Shown here one piece after another: positions 21,022 to 31,226 of a DNA stretch of 64,000 bases. The DNA is from a virus: positions 23,129 to 87,128 of the IMG/VR virus record IMGVR_UViG_3300029825_000002; one strand, written 5' to 3'. Positions within the stretch are counted from its first letter, which is position 1; the number at the start of each line of letters is the position of its first letter. Position numbers and translations under genes: made by a program. The notes beneath the pieces are model-generated. The model made no database searches and was not told where the DNA came from. It saw only the letters and a list, made by a program, of their open reading frames with translations.

Positions 21022-21864
21022 ATGGGAAAAAATAAAGCTAAAGTGTTATTTAGCACTGGTAGTAAAGCTATAAAAAAAGAACAAGAGCATCAAAAGAAAG
21101 TACAAGAAAGTATTAAAAAAGGTTTATGGCGGTTTTACATAAAGAATGACCAGGAAGAAGCAGACATTAGTTTTTTAACTGCTACTCCAGTTAACTTCCA
21201 TGAACATACTATTAAAACAATACGTAATGGTAAAGAGTATTATGATAGTATTCCTTGTACTGGTGATGATAAATATTGTGAAGAGGGAGATAAACCTTCC
21301 TTTAAATCTGCATGGCTCATAATTGACCATAGAGAATATGAATATACAGATAAAAAAACTGGTAAGAAGAAAAAAGGGCATGACCAGATTAGACCTTATG
21401 TAGTTGGTAGCAGAGTTGCTAGTCAGATTGATAGACTTAATCAAAAATATGGTCTTATTGGTATTGGATGGACAGTAACTAGACTTGGGAAAGATAGCAA
21501 TACCACTTATATGTTTGATAGGGGTGATGAAGAAGAGTATGACGAGGAAGAAATAGAAAATTTGTTACCAGAAGCATTGAGGGAGGAATATGATGGTACA
21601 GAAGAAAGCCTTATTGAATTACTTAAACATCAAATAGAAATGCAGATAGAAGATTCTTCAGATGATGATTCGGATGAAGAAGACGAGGACGAAGATAATT
21701 CAGCTATTGTAGATATGGATGAAGATGAAGAAGAAATTGAAGATGATGACGAGGAAGAAGAACCTGTACATCATCATAAACATTCATCTAGTCATAAATT
21801 ACATTCTTCTAAATCTAGTCATAGGTCTGTAAAGTCTTTATTAAAACACAAACATCATAAATAA
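21022..21864 (+). CDS. Single-stranded DNA-binding protein (gp32-like) with acidic then His-rich tail
   Basis: Position between primase and HU/Pol; long D/E tract; ATG 21022 follows GGGGG SD downstream of the promoter. Confidence 0.6.
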   Translation: MGKNKAKVLFSTGSKAIKKEQEHQKKVQESIKKGLWRFYIKNDQEEADISFLTATPVNFHEHTIKTIRNGKEYYDSIPCTGDDKYCEEGDKPSFKSAWLIIDHREYEYTDKKTGKKKKGHDQIRPYVVGSRVASQIDRLNQKYGLIGIGWTVTRLGKDSNTTYMFDRGDEEEYDEEEIENLLPEALREEYDGTEESLIELLKHQIEMQIEDSSDDDSDEEDEDEDNSAIVDMDEDEEEIEDDDEEEEPVHHHKHSSSHKLHSSKSSHRSVKSLLKHKHHK

Positions 21865-21890
21865 TAAAAAAATTCGGGGAGGAATAAATT

Positions 21891-22202
21891 ATGTCAGAAA
21901 AATATGCAAGTTCAACAGAAGTAACAAAGAAGATGCAGGAGAAATTTAAAATAACTGCGGTAGAAGCAAGGAAGGAATTAGATAGAACAATAGAAGTTTT
22001 AATGTTACTATCTTGTGACCCTAATTACAAAGGGGTACAGTTCATGGGTAAGTTTACTATGGAAAGAAAGTATAGAAATCCCCGAATGGGTAGAAATCCT
22101 AGAACTAAAGAAGAGATAGAAATACCAGGTCATTATACAGTAACAATGAAACCTGGAAAAGAATTTAATAAGCAATTAGAAAAGCTACCTAAACAAGATT
22201 AG
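21891..22202 (+). CDS. HU/IHF-like DNA-binding protein
   Basis: GKFT..R.PRMGRNPRTKEEIEIP..VTMKPGKEF. Confidence 0.9.
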   Translation: MSEKYASSTEVTKKMQEKFKITAVEARKELDRTIEVLMLLSCDPNYKGVQFMGKFTMERKYRNPRMGRNPRTKEEIEIPGHYTVTMKPGKEFNKQLEKLPKQD

Positions 22203-22212
22203 TAACTAGGAG

Positions 22213-22239
22213 AGTAACACTTAATTGTGTTACTTTTTT
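22213..22239 (+). terminator. Intrinsic terminator
   Basis: AGTAACAC/GTGTTACT stem plus T run. Confidence 0.75.
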
Positions 22240-22256
22240 ATTAAAGAAGGTGAGAA

Positions 22257-24392
22257 ATGGTGGGGACAAGTTTACAACTAGATACTGGACTTATTTTAAG
22301 TAATAAGTTAGAAAAGTATGAAATAATAAATAGTATACCAAAGATAAGAAAATTGGCAAACAAGATGAAACGACTTGATGCTTTTGCTTATGATACAGAA
22401 ACAAATACTTTACAAGTTGCAGGACCTAATAAAGAGTTTAGATGTGCAGGTATAAGTATTAGTTGGGGAGTATATAACAATTATTATATTCCTTTAAACC
22501 ATATTTTTGATGGACACCAATTACTAACTAAAACAGTAGTTAAGTATCTTAAACCTATATTTGAAAGAACTGATATTGTTTTAGCTCTTGCGAATGGGAA
22601 ATTTGATATGCACGTATTAGCTAGATTAGGTATACAAATAAAAACTCCTTATTTATTTGACATAGTTATAGCAAGTTGGCTACATGATGAAAATTTATTA
22701 AAAGGTTTAAAAGAAAATACGCAAAGAGTATTATGTGTTAATCAAACTCATTTCAAAGATGCACTTAAAACAATAACAAAAGAAGAAAAGAAAGCAGTTG
22801 GATTGAAAGCTTCATCAAAAGGAAATTTCACTCTTACACATTATAAAGTATCTGCTCCTTATGCTGTAGATGATGCTTTTTATACCTGGCAACTCTATTT
22901 GTATTATATAGATGTTCTTATTAAAGATGGTATGGACAAAATATATTGGAAGGTATATCCTGCTATTATTTATACTTTTTATAACATGGAAGAAAAGGGA
23001 ATAGATGTAGACAAAAAGAGATTAGCTAAAATGGGTAAAGCAATGCAGAAAGATTTGGATGAACTAGAATATAAAATGACAGAATTAGCAGGAGTAACAA
23101 TGTCTTTTACTAGTTCTCAACAGTTAGTTCAACTTTTATTTGGTTATGACAAATTTAAAACAGTATATCCAAACATATTACAAGCGAGTTTTAAATTTCA
23201 ACCAGAAACCCTTACTAAAGGGGGAATACCACAAGCCAATAAAGAATTTTTATTGCATATAGTTAAAAAAACTTATAAAACTAGAAGGAAAAGAGAAGGT
23301 ATAGAATTTTGTAAGCTATTAGCACAACACAAAAAATTGTCTAAATTAAAATCTGCTTTTGTTGATGGACTTTTAGATAAATTATATGATGATGAAAAGT
23401 GTCATCCTGCTTTTAATGTTGTTGGGACAGATTCAGGAAGGGTTAGTTGTTCTAAACCAAATTTAATGCAGTTACCTAATGCTAAGGATGATGACAAGTA
23501 TCAAATAAGGGATGTATTTATTGGTTCTATTAATGAAGAAACTGGAGAAAGAGAAGACATAATATCGGTAGATTTTTCCAATTTGGAAATCCGTGTGGGT
23601 ACACATTTTAGTAAAGATAAAGTATTATATAAAGCTTTTGTTGAAGGGCATGATATTCATGGAGCAACAGCAGTTACTATGTTACAGTTACCATGTGAAC
23701 CAGATGAGGTTAAAAAGAAATATCCTGATTATAGACAAATGGCTAAAAAGATTAATTTTGGTTTATTCTATGGTATGTCTGCACCTACTTTATGTGGTCA
23801 GATAGAAGATGCAGGAGTAGATATGAGTAATCCTAAATTATTAAAGAAGTTTAATGTAAAAGATAAATTAGAATTATCTCAAAAATTAATGGATATGTAT
23901 TTTGAAGGTTATCCTGGTGTTGCAGAATTTATAAAAAAGCAAAAGAAATTTGCACATAAGCATGGTTTTGTATGGCACATTGATGGAAGAAAAAGAAGAT
24001 TACCTAATATAAATTCTAGTAACTATAAACAGTTATCATATAGTGAACGTTTATCTGTAAATGCTCCAGTACAAGGGGGTGGTGCTTCAATAATGATGAA
24101 CGCCCAAAATAAAATAGATGGTACTCTAAAACAAGCAGTAAATAGTAAAGAAATTTGTGACAAGTATAATGATAAACATTTTATTGGTTCAAATAAGCTT
24201 AATGAATTACAATGTAAAATGTTATTACAGGTTCATGATGAATTGATTTTCAGTTGTCCTAAAGAGAATTGTGACGAAGCTATGGCTATTATAAGGGATT
24301 ATATGATACATCCCTTTGGTAATACAGTACATTTGAATGTACCTCTTGAAGTAGGTATGTCGCATGGAAGGTCATATCAAACAGGTCATTAA
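22257..24392 (+). CDS. polA: Family A DNA polymerase with 3'-5' exonuclease
   Basis: YDTET exo I; YAVDDA; DFSNLEIR motif A; KKINFGLFYG motif B; LQVHDEL motif C. Confidence 0.95.
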   Translation: MVGTSLQLDTGLILSNKLEKYEIINSIPKIRKLANKMKRLDAFAYDTETNTLQVAGPNKEFRCAGISISWGVYNNYYIPLNHIFDGHQLLTKTVVKYLKPIFERTDIVLALANGKFDMHVLARLGIQIKTPYLFDIVIASWLHDENLLKGLKENTQRVLCVNQTHFKDALKTITKEEKKAVGLKASSKGNFTLTHYKVSAPYAVDDAFYTWQLYLYYIDVLIKDGMDKIYWKVYPAIIYTFYNMEEKGIDVDKKRLAKMGKAMQKDLDELEYKMTELAGVTMSFTSSQQLVQLLFGYDKFKTVYPNILQASFKFQPETLTKGGIPQANKEFLLHIVKKTYKTRRKREGIEFCKLLAQHKKLSKLKSAFVDGLLDKLYDDEKCHPAFNVVGTDSGRVSCSKPNLMQLPNAKDDDKYQIRDVFIGSINEETGEREDIISVDFSNLEIRVGTHFSKDKVLYKAFVEGHDIHGATAVTMLQLPCEPDEVKKKYPDYRQMAKKINFGLFYGMSAPTLCGQIEDAGVDMSNPKLLKKFNVKDKLELSQKLMDMYFEGYPGVAEFIKKQKKFAHKHGFVWHIDGRKRRLPNINSSNYKQLSYSERLSVNAPVQGGGASIMMNAQNKIDGTLKQAVNSKEICDKYNDKHFIGSNKLNELQCKMLLQVHDELIFSCPKENCDEAMAIIRDYMIHPFGNTVHLNVPLEVGMSHGRSYQTGH

Positions 24393-24431
24393 ATTAATAA
24401 AATAATAAATAAAAGAAAGAGGGAAAGTATA

Positions 24432-25061
24432 ATGTTTATAAGTAATGTAAAGGTATATGATATGGCAGAAAGTATAGTTGCAAGTGGTTATCCTATGGAT
24501 GTAGATTTAAGTAATAAAGATGAAGAAATAAAAGTAATGAAAGATTATTTAAATATTAATAGTCGTAGAGTTTTTACTACAGAAGAAATGCAGAAAGCAG
24601 ATAAAAGATTTAATAAAGCTAAAGATTTAGCTAAGTTGGGTAATGCTCATGCTCAATTTTTATCTGGAGTAAGAGTAGCTTTTGATTTAACTTGCAGTAA
24701 TAAAATGTGGGTGGAACTGGAGAGATATAGATTTATTACTTTTGTAAGTAGTCAATCTACTATGCACAGGATAAGTAAGTTTAATTTAGCAGACCAGTAT
24801 GTAAAGTATGTTGACCCTAGAATTATTACTATTATGGAAGAACTAAAGGATAACTATAATAAAACTAATAGTAAAGAAGATTATTTAAAATTACTATATT
24901 CTAATCCATGTGGTTTTCAATTAACCGCTAGACTTACTACTAACTATAGGTGTTTGCATAATGTATTTGGACAGAGACATGACCACAGACTTCCAGAGTG
25001 GAGACAGTTTGTAAGAGAAATGGGAGAAAAGCTACCTTATGCTAAAGATTTAATATTGTAA
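24432..25061 (+). CDS. thyX: Divergent ThyX-like flavin-dependent thymidylate synthase
   Basis: HAQFL, ERYRF..SSQSTMHR, NYRCL..QRHDHRLPEW resemble ThyX motifs. Confidence 0.55.
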   Translation: MFISNVKVYDMAESIVASGYPMDVDLSNKDEEIKVMKDYLNINSRRVFTTEEMQKADKRFNKAKDLAKLGNAHAQFLSGVRVAFDLTCSNKMWVELERYRFITFVSSQSTMHRISKFNLADQYVKYVDPRIITIMEELKDNYNKTNSKEDYLKLLYSNPCGFQLTARLTTNYRCLHNVFGQRHDHRLPEWRQFVREMGEKLPYAKDLIL

Positions 25062-25229
25062 TATTGGCTAAGTATCATTATATAGAAAGTTGGGAAACAT
25101 ATTGGGAGAGAGAATATAATCGGTTAATAAAATTGGGTTATAACAATTATGATGCTAAAGTAAAAATTACTAAAAGAAAGATTTATTATGATTTTTGTAT
25201 TTGGAAATACTTTAGTATCTTTTAATTGT

Positions 25230-25258
25230 TTGACATTTATTTGGAAATATAATAGAAT
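25230..25258 (+). promoter_or_regulatory. SigA-type promoter upstream of abrB
   Basis: TTGACA-17-TAGAAT. Confidence 0.75.
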
Positions 25259-25301
25259 TCACTTGTAATCAAAAATTAAATATAAAAAGGAGAGATACAT
25301 T

Positions 25302-25547
25302 ATGAAAGCAACAGGAATTGTAAGACGATTAGATAATTTGGGGAGAGTAGTATTACCTATAGAGTTAAGAAGAACTCTGGACATTAAAGAAAAAGATGCA
25401 TTGGAAATATTAATTGATGGAGACCAGATTATATTGAGAAAGTATGAACCTGCTTGCATATTTTGTGGCAGAACAGAAGGGGTAAAGAATATTAAGGGGA
25501 AGAATATTTGTAGCAGATGTTTAAGTGACTTGAAAAAGGAAGTGTAA
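25302..25547 (+). CDS. abrB: AbrB transition-state regulator, clostridial type with C-terminal CxxC pair
   Basis: MKATGIVRRLDNLGRVVLPIELRRTLDI..DALEI..IILRKYEPACIFCG..KGKNIC..C. Confidence 0.95.
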   Translation: MKATGIVRRLDNLGRVVLPIELRRTLDIKEKDALEILIDGDQIILRKYEPACIFCGRTEGVKNIKGKNICSRCLSDLKKEV

Positions 25548-25550
25548 TTA

Positions 25551-26075
25551 ATGCTTTCTTTTATTTCTAAACTTAATATTATGGAACAGGCAGAATTAAA
25601 TAAATATATAAATACAGAAGTGAATTTAAGAGTAAGCAAAGCAGCTTATGAAGAAATGGCTGCTTATAAACAAACTAATGATAATACATGGCAACAAATA
25701 GAAACATGGCTTTATACTTCTATGAGGGAACATAAAATTTCAAAAGAAAGAATAAAGGATATAGAAAAAAGAATAATAGAATTAGCAGATGAACAAGAAA
25801 AGTTGGGGGTAAATAATATCCTAATTGGTGAAAGTCCTAAAAGTAAGTACAAAGTTTTAACAGATGAAGATTTTCAATATATTCTTGAAAATTTATTACA
25901 TTCTAATTGTTTTAATTGTAATAAAAAACATAAGAATTGTGATATATTTAATATACTACAAAAATATAAAGTACCTTATTTTACAGGTTATCATCATGCT
26001 TGTAAATATGGTTATAATGAAAATGGAGGAATGGGAAAATGGGAAAGAAAGAACCAAAAGTTGAAACAAAAATAA
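25551..26075 (+). CDS. Hypothetical protein with C-terminal Cys cluster
   Basis: CFNC..C..CKY. Confidence 0.55.
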   Translation: MLSFISKLNIMEQAELNKYINTEVNLRVSKAAYEEMAAYKQTNDNTWQQIETWLYTSMREHKISKERIKDIEKRIIELADEQEKLGVNNILIGESPKSKYKVLTDEDFQYILENLLHSNCFNCNKKHKNCDIFNILQKYKVPYFTGYHHACKYGYNENGGMGKWERKNQKLKQK

Positions 26076-26374
26076 AACCAGTATGTGTTATTAGTGACGA
26101 GACTAAGCATAAAAATGTATGTAATGAAATACATCAACTATATGTAGATAAGAATCATGATTATGGTGATAGTGCAGCTAAGATGTATAAAGAGTTTGGA
26201 CTAATGTCCATAGTGTATAGATTACAGGATAAAGTGAATCGGCTTAAAGTACTAGCAAATGAAGATGCTAGAGTAAAAAATGAAAGTATACGTGATACTC
26301 TAATGGACATATCTAATTATTCAGCTATTGGTATTGTGGAACATGATAAATTAGTAGAAAAACTTAATAAGTAA
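26039..26374 (+). CDS. Nucleotide-modification-associated domain 1 (DUF1599-like) protein
   Basis: KNHDYGDS..RLQDKVNRL..ESIRDTLMDISNYS. Confidence 0.8.
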   Translation: MGKKEPKVETKIKPVCVISDETKHKNVCNEIHQLYVDKNHDYGDSAAKMYKEFGLMSIVYRLQDKVNRLKVLANEDARVKNESIRDTLMDISNYSAIGIVEHDKLVEKLNK

Positions 26375-26383
26375 TAGAATTCT

Positions 26384-26411
26384 GGAGACTATTGATTTAG
26401 TCTCCTTTTTT
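26384..26411 (+). terminator. Intrinsic terminator
   Basis: GGAGACTA/TAGTCTCC stem plus T run. Confidence 0.8.
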
Positions 26412-26417
26412 ATTTGT

Positions 26418-26446
26418 TTGACAAATTTATGTACAAGCAGTATTAT
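26418..26446 (+). promoter_or_regulatory. SigA-type promoter for the recA operon
   Basis: TTGACA-17-TATTAT. Confidence 0.7.
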
Positions 26447-26506
26447 ATTCCTAATGAACATTATGTTTATAATGTTTATAATGTATCAAGGAAAGGAGGG
26501 ATTTAT

Positions 26507-26695
26507 ATGTCTGAATGTTATTATCAATTACCTTTTCCAGATGAAGAACTTAGAAATAATACAAAATTAATAGCTGCTATAAATGGAGAAACATTAAAAG
26601 ATTTTATACTTAATGCAATAAGAGATAGGTCAAAAGAAGTGCAGAAAAGAACAGGGGTGAATTTAGATGAAATTAAAAAGCAAAGGAAATCCTAA
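26507..26695 (+). CDS. Small putative RHH DNA-binding protein
   Basis: AAGGAGG SD before ATG 26507; ELRNNTKLIAAINGETLKDFILNAI. Confidence 0.5.
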   Translation: MSECYYQLPFPDEELRNNTKLIAAINGETLKDFILNAIRDRSKEVQKRTGVNLDEIKKQRKS

Positions 26696-28761
26696 TAAAA
26701 AGTTTCATTCTCTAGCTAATAAATCCAGTAACAAGAAAAGTGAACCAGATAACAATATGTCTGAAAGAAGAAAACAGTTAAGAGATATTACTAATAGCAT
26801 GAATAAGGATTTTGGAGTTAATGCAGTAAGATTAGGTTGTGATTTAACAGAAGAAGAAAGAGTAATACAGAGAATACGAACAGGTAATGTATCCTTAGAT
26901 ATTGCTCTTGGTGGTGGTAAGAGATTGCCTAGTATTATAGTAATGTAATACTGTAAATTTGTTAACTGCTGGAAAGCTAAGTCGAAAGATAGGCTAATCA
27001 GCATCTATTAAATAAAATTAAGGAGGAGTCACCATGAAAGAAATATGGAGGACAACTAAAATAAGTAAATATTATAAAATAAGCAATTTGGGAAGAGCTA
27101 TGAGTATAGATAGGGTTATATCATATTTAAAACAAGGTAAAGTAAGAAAACTAAATGTAAAAGGTAAAATTCTTAAACAAAAGATTAATGATAAAGGATA
27201 TTGTAGTATACAAATACAAGATGCTGAAAATAAAATACACAAAGTTGTTTTAATACACAGACTTGTAGCTGAAGCTTTTATTGCTAATCCTAATAATGAA
27301 CCTTTAGTATTACATTTAGATGATAATCCTAGAAATAATAGATATGATAATTTAATGTGGGGAGACCAACAAGAGAATATGAGACAAGCTTCTGAAAGAA
27401 ACAGAATACCTGATAATTCAGGTAGGTTTAAAAAAGGTCATAAACCTAATCGTACCTCTTTTAAAAAAGGTCATATATCTAAACCCATTTTTCCAGTGGG
27501 GTATAAAGCTTATAATGTTAAGAAGTTGGAATGTTCTAATGGATTAATTTTTGATTCATCCTATAGAGCTGCTGACTGGATAAATAAAACTTTATATAAT
27601 AATACACATAAAATAACCTCTATATCTCAAAATATACGAGCTTGTGCTAATGGAAGAAGAAAAACGGCTTATACATTTACTTGGAATTTTATTTAGTAGT
27701 TCAGAGACTATCCCATAAAAGGGAGTACACTACCTAGTGGAGTGGAAATGCAAATTACCCTATTTAAATATAGAGTAGGGTAGAGATATAGTCCGATACT
27801 TTATTGAAAAATAGAGCAGTCTAGCATAGACGGGTAGGAAGTAACGATTCTTACCGAACTTTTGATTCCTATTGGGAGAATGACAGAAATAAGTGGAGCT
27901 TTTAGTTCTACCAAAACAACTGAAGCAATACACATAATGAGAAATGCAATTTATAGAAATAGCTTTAACGTTTTATTTCAAGATGTAGAAGGAACAAGTG
28001 GTAAAGAAAATGGAGAACCAGATGAAAAGTATTTTAATGCTTTAGGAATAGATGTTAATGACTTTATTTATAGCAGACCAGATAGTTTAGAAGAGTGTAC
28101 TCAAATGATATTAAATGCTCAACAAAGTGGACAAGTTCAAATGGCTATTTGGGATTCTTTAGCTATGACTGAACCTAATAAAATATTAGATAAAGATATG
28201 GAAGATACAGTTCAAATGGGGGTAAAACAAAGGTTAGACAATGAGTTTTTTAGTAAATATCAACTCAATAATAATAGATTAGTAAGAGAAGGGAAAATAC
28301 CCTTCACCCTTGTAGTAATAAATCAATTAAGAGAAAAGATAGGTGCAATACACCAGGACCCTGAATATACACCAGGGGGGCGTGGTAAAAGCTTTGCAAG
28401 TTCTGTTGAAATACGATTTAGACAAGGTGATTGGATAAAAGAAAAAGACAAAATAGTTGGACAGGTAGTTAAGTACAAAATTAATAAGAACAAGACCTAT
28501 ATGAGAATGAAGTCGGGAGAGTTTGATATTTATTTAGATGAAAATAATTTAGGTGTTCCAAAGTTCTATACTGATAATGAAAAGTCCCTTGTAATAGAAG
28601 CTGTTCAGTATGGACTAATAGAAAAAAGGGGCGGTTGGTATTATGTTGATAATGAGAAGTTTCAAGGTTTAGATAAAGTTTTATCCTATTTACGAGAACA
28701 CCCCAAAGTGGTAGATAAGTTTCGGGAACAAATACTTGATTTAGATAAAAAGGTGAAATGA
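26667..28761 (+). CDS. recA: RecA-like recombinase, join(26667..26918,27864..28761)
   Basis: Splicing restores SLDIALGGG|IPIGRMTEISG; WDSLA; INQLREKIG; TPGGRG; KNKT. Confidence 0.92.
26919..27863 (+). mobile_element. Group I intron in recA
   Basis: Exon ends GGU, intron ends G; CUGCUGGAAAG..AAUCAGCA core; UUCAGAGACUA and AGAUAUAGUCC (P7). Confidence 0.9.
27034..27696 (+). CDS. Intron-encoded HNH homing endonuclease (NUMOD4-HNH-NUMOD1 type)
   Basis: YKISNLGR; LIHRLVAEAFI.NP..VLHLDDNPRNNRYDNLMW; KTAYTFTW. Confidence 0.9.
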   Translation: MKEIWRTTKISKYYKISNLGRAMSIDRVISYLKQGKVRKLNVKGKILKQKINDKGYCSIQIQDAENKIHKVVLIHRLVAEAFIANPNNEPLVLHLDDNPRNNRYDNLMWGDQQENMRQASERNRIPDNSGRFKKGHKPNRTSFKKGHISKPIFPVGYKAYNVKKLECSNGLIFDSSYRAADWINKTLYNNTHKITSISQNIRACANGRRKTAYTFTWNFI

Positions 28762-28762
28762 T

Positions 28763-28987
28763 ATGGGAAAGATACAATTCACAGAAGGGTCACAAGATAT
28801 TCGGGAAAGAGTAAAAAAGTATGCTAGATTTAGCAGAAGTTGTGATAACTGCAATGACTTCTATCAAGCACCTAGAGATACCGAAGAACTTTGTCATAAT
28901 AATAATGTTCTTCAATATGATATATGTTCGGAAGGTAGTAGAGTTTATTGTAGTTTCTGGAATGGAGTAAAGAAAGGAGTAGATTAA
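28763..28987 (+). CDS. Cys-rich hypothetical protein
   Basis: CDNC..C..C..C. Confidence 0.5.
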   Translation: MGKIQFTEGSQDIRERVKKYARFSRSCDNCNDFYQAPRDTEELCHNNNVLQYDICSEGSRVYCSFWNGVKKGVD

Positions 28988-29197
28988 TATGATAAATGAA
29001 AATATGATAAATGAATATGTATTAAGTGCTAATAAAATGAATGGTGTAGTATTAATTCCTGCCAATTTACCTATTTCTGTCATGCAGAAAGTAGGAGAAA
29101 AAAGAAAGATTTAATGTATAGAACTACTTGTTATGTAGATTATGATAATGTTACAGATGTTATTTCTTTTGTTATACCAGATTAGAAAGGGGAAGAC

Positions 29198-29395
29198 ATG
29201 TTAGATTATATATCATGCAACTTAACTTATTATAAGAAAGGCAATGGAAAAGGGGATAAGAAATATTCTAATACTTTTAAGATTTTGTTTTATTCTATTA
29301 TAGAATATATAAGATTTAAAAGAGAAGATAAAAAACCTGTAGATGAATTACAACTTAAAAGAAGAGAAAAACGAAATAAAGAAAGGTGGTATTAA
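29198..29395 (+). CDS. Hypothetical protein
   Basis: AAGGGG SD. Confidence 0.45.
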   Translation: MLDYISCNLTYYKKGNGKGDKKYSNTFKILFYSIIEYIRFKREDKKPVDELQLKRREKRNKERWY

Positions 29396-29396
29396 T

Positions 29397-30125
29397 ATGA
29401 AATTATTAGTGGGAGAAAGAAGAAGTGGAAAGACAACAGAGTTAGTTAAAAAGTCACATAAAGATTGGACATATATAGTGTGTTTAAATCGTCAACGTGT
29501 AGAAGTAATAGAAGAAGTTGCAAGAAAGTTAAAGTTAGATATACCTTATCCTATAACTGTACATGAATTACCTACTCAACAACATTGTCATTGGATAAAG
29601 AAAGTGTTGGTAGATGACATGGATGAGATATTAGAGAGTTTAATTAGTAAGCCTATAGATTTAGCTACTACATCATGTGAAATAATAAAGAAAGCTAATA
29701 CTTTACAAGAATATTTAAATTATCATAAAGCAATTAAGAATATATTTCTTAGGTCACACTTTAAACTAACTATAAATCCTATTCTTTTTAATTGTGATTT
29801 AGAACTGTTTCCAGAATTAAAAAGATATGAACCACCTTATGAATTTGGTAAAGAGTTATTGAGTATTTTAAAAGATATTCATATTTATTTTAAAGAAAAA
29901 GTATTACCTGAAGATTTTCCTCATGCTTTTAATAGTGCTACAGATGTTACACTTGCTATCATAAACTATGAAAAATGGAATAAAGTTAAATTAGGTGATG
30001 TGTGGTTAGCTGCTTTTGGTGTAAGTGAAAATAAAAAAGCTATATCTATATGGAATAAGTATAAAGGAATAAATCAGGAGAAGTTTAATATTACAGATGA
30101 TTATATAGATACTAATTTTAAGTAA
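29397..30125 (+). CDS. Hypothetical protein with N-terminal P-loop-like motif
   Basis: GERRSGKTT; VLVDD. Confidence 0.55.
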   Translation: MKLLVGERRSGKTTELVKKSHKDWTYIVCLNRQRVEVIEEVARKLKLDIPYPITVHELPTQQHCHWIKKVLVDDMDEILESLISKPIDLATTSCEIIKKANTLQEYLNYHKAIKNIFLRSHFKLTINPILFNCDLELFPELKRYEPPYEFGKELLSILKDIHIYFKEKVLPEDFPHAFNSATDVTLAIINYEKWNKVKLGDVWLAAFGVSENKKAISIWNKYKGINQEKFNITDDYIDTNFK

Positions 30126-30138
30126 AGGGTGATTTATT

Positions 30139-30393
30139 ATGATAACAGATATGATAATAAAAGTATTAAAGGCTAATAATATAGATTCAATAGTAGCAGT
30201 TCCTATAGTATGGCTTTTGTTAAGTATACTTATAGGTGTTGTCTATACGAGTAAAAGATGGACTGTTTTTGATTTAGAAGAAGGACATTTATATGTAGCA
30301 GATATTCTAGTAGGATTAATTTGTTTACCTGTAACTATAATTGTAGGATTATGCTTGGGTACTAACAAATTGATTCATATAAAAATTAAGTAA
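30139..30393 (+). CDS. Small membrane protein
   Basis: Two hydrophobic segments. Confidence 0.5.
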   Translation: MITDMIIKVLKANNIDSIVAVPIVWLLLSILIGVVYTSKRWTVFDLEEGHLYVADILVGLICLPVTIIVGLCLGTNKLIHIKIK

Positions 30394-30567
30394 AGGGGGT
30401 AAAATAAATGCCTAGTATAATGGCTACTGGTTTTGTTTCAGAAGAACAAGAAATGTATTTAATGAAGAATGACCCTACTTTGTATAAAGCAGTATTAAAG
30501 AAACATGGACATTGGGGACAGAAAAGAACTTATAAACAACCTAGTAAAATACAAACAAAAATGAGGG

Positions 30568-30822
30568 GTGAATAAAGTGGATGAACTTGTTAAGAAGTTA
30601 AATGTAGAGGTAAATAAAAAATATGTAGATTCGGGAAAAAAAAAGATATTGGATTTAGATACTATTAATGGTTTATTAAATGCAGAAATTAAATGGGCAA
30701 AGACACATGAAAAAGATAGATTTAATTTAACGGTTGAACAAGTAAAATGGTTTATTAAAGGTTTAGAACAAGCTAAAGTAATATTAACTCATGCAGAGGA
30801 AAATAAGGAGGGGAATAAATAA
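30568..30822 (+). CDS. Hypothetical protein
   Basis: ORF in operon. Confidence 0.45.
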   Translation: MNKVDELVKKLNVEVNKKYVDSGKKKILDLDTINGLLNAEIKWAKTHEKDRFNLTVEQVKWFIKGLEQAKVILTHAEENKEGNK

Positions 30823-31226
30823 TGAGTTGTGATTATTGTAGAGAAATATATACTAATCCAGATGACCTAGAAGGAACAGACGGAATTTTATATAATGAAA
30901 AAGAACAAGCCTATTATCATTATGCAGAATATTTTCAAGGTGAGAAAGTAAGTATACCTATTACTCATTGCCCTAATTGTGGAGAAGAACTTGGAGTTGT
31001 AATAATTAGAATAAATAAACGAAAATCAGACCTTGTGAAACTATTAAATTTGATAGACTATTGTAATTTATATCAATTAAAATTGTTACAATATAACGAA
31101 GGAAATTCTGGTGAACTAAGTTATGCTTCAGCTATAGATACTGATAATAAAGTATGCAATTTAATTTATATGGGTAAATGGCAGTTTCAAGGTGTAATTA
31201 AGAAAGGAAGTAACAAAAATGAGTGA
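30822..31226 (+). CDS. Zinc-ribbon hypothetical protein
   Basis: CDYC..HCPNCG. Confidence 0.55.
   Translation: MSCDYCREIYTNPDDLEGTDGILYNEKEQAYYHYAEYFQGEKVSIPITHCPNCGEELGVVIIRINKRKSDLVKLLNLIDYCNLYQLKLLQYNEGNSGELSYASAIDTDNKVCNLIYMGKWQFQGVIKKGSNKNE

Noticed and set aside
22257-24392. Intein or intron in polA
   Set aside because: Motifs A-C are contiguous and the length is normal
17841-26443. Shared 14-mer TGTACAAGCAGTAT at 17841 and 26430
   Set aside because: Many 14-mer repeats are expected by chance in 64 kb of this composition
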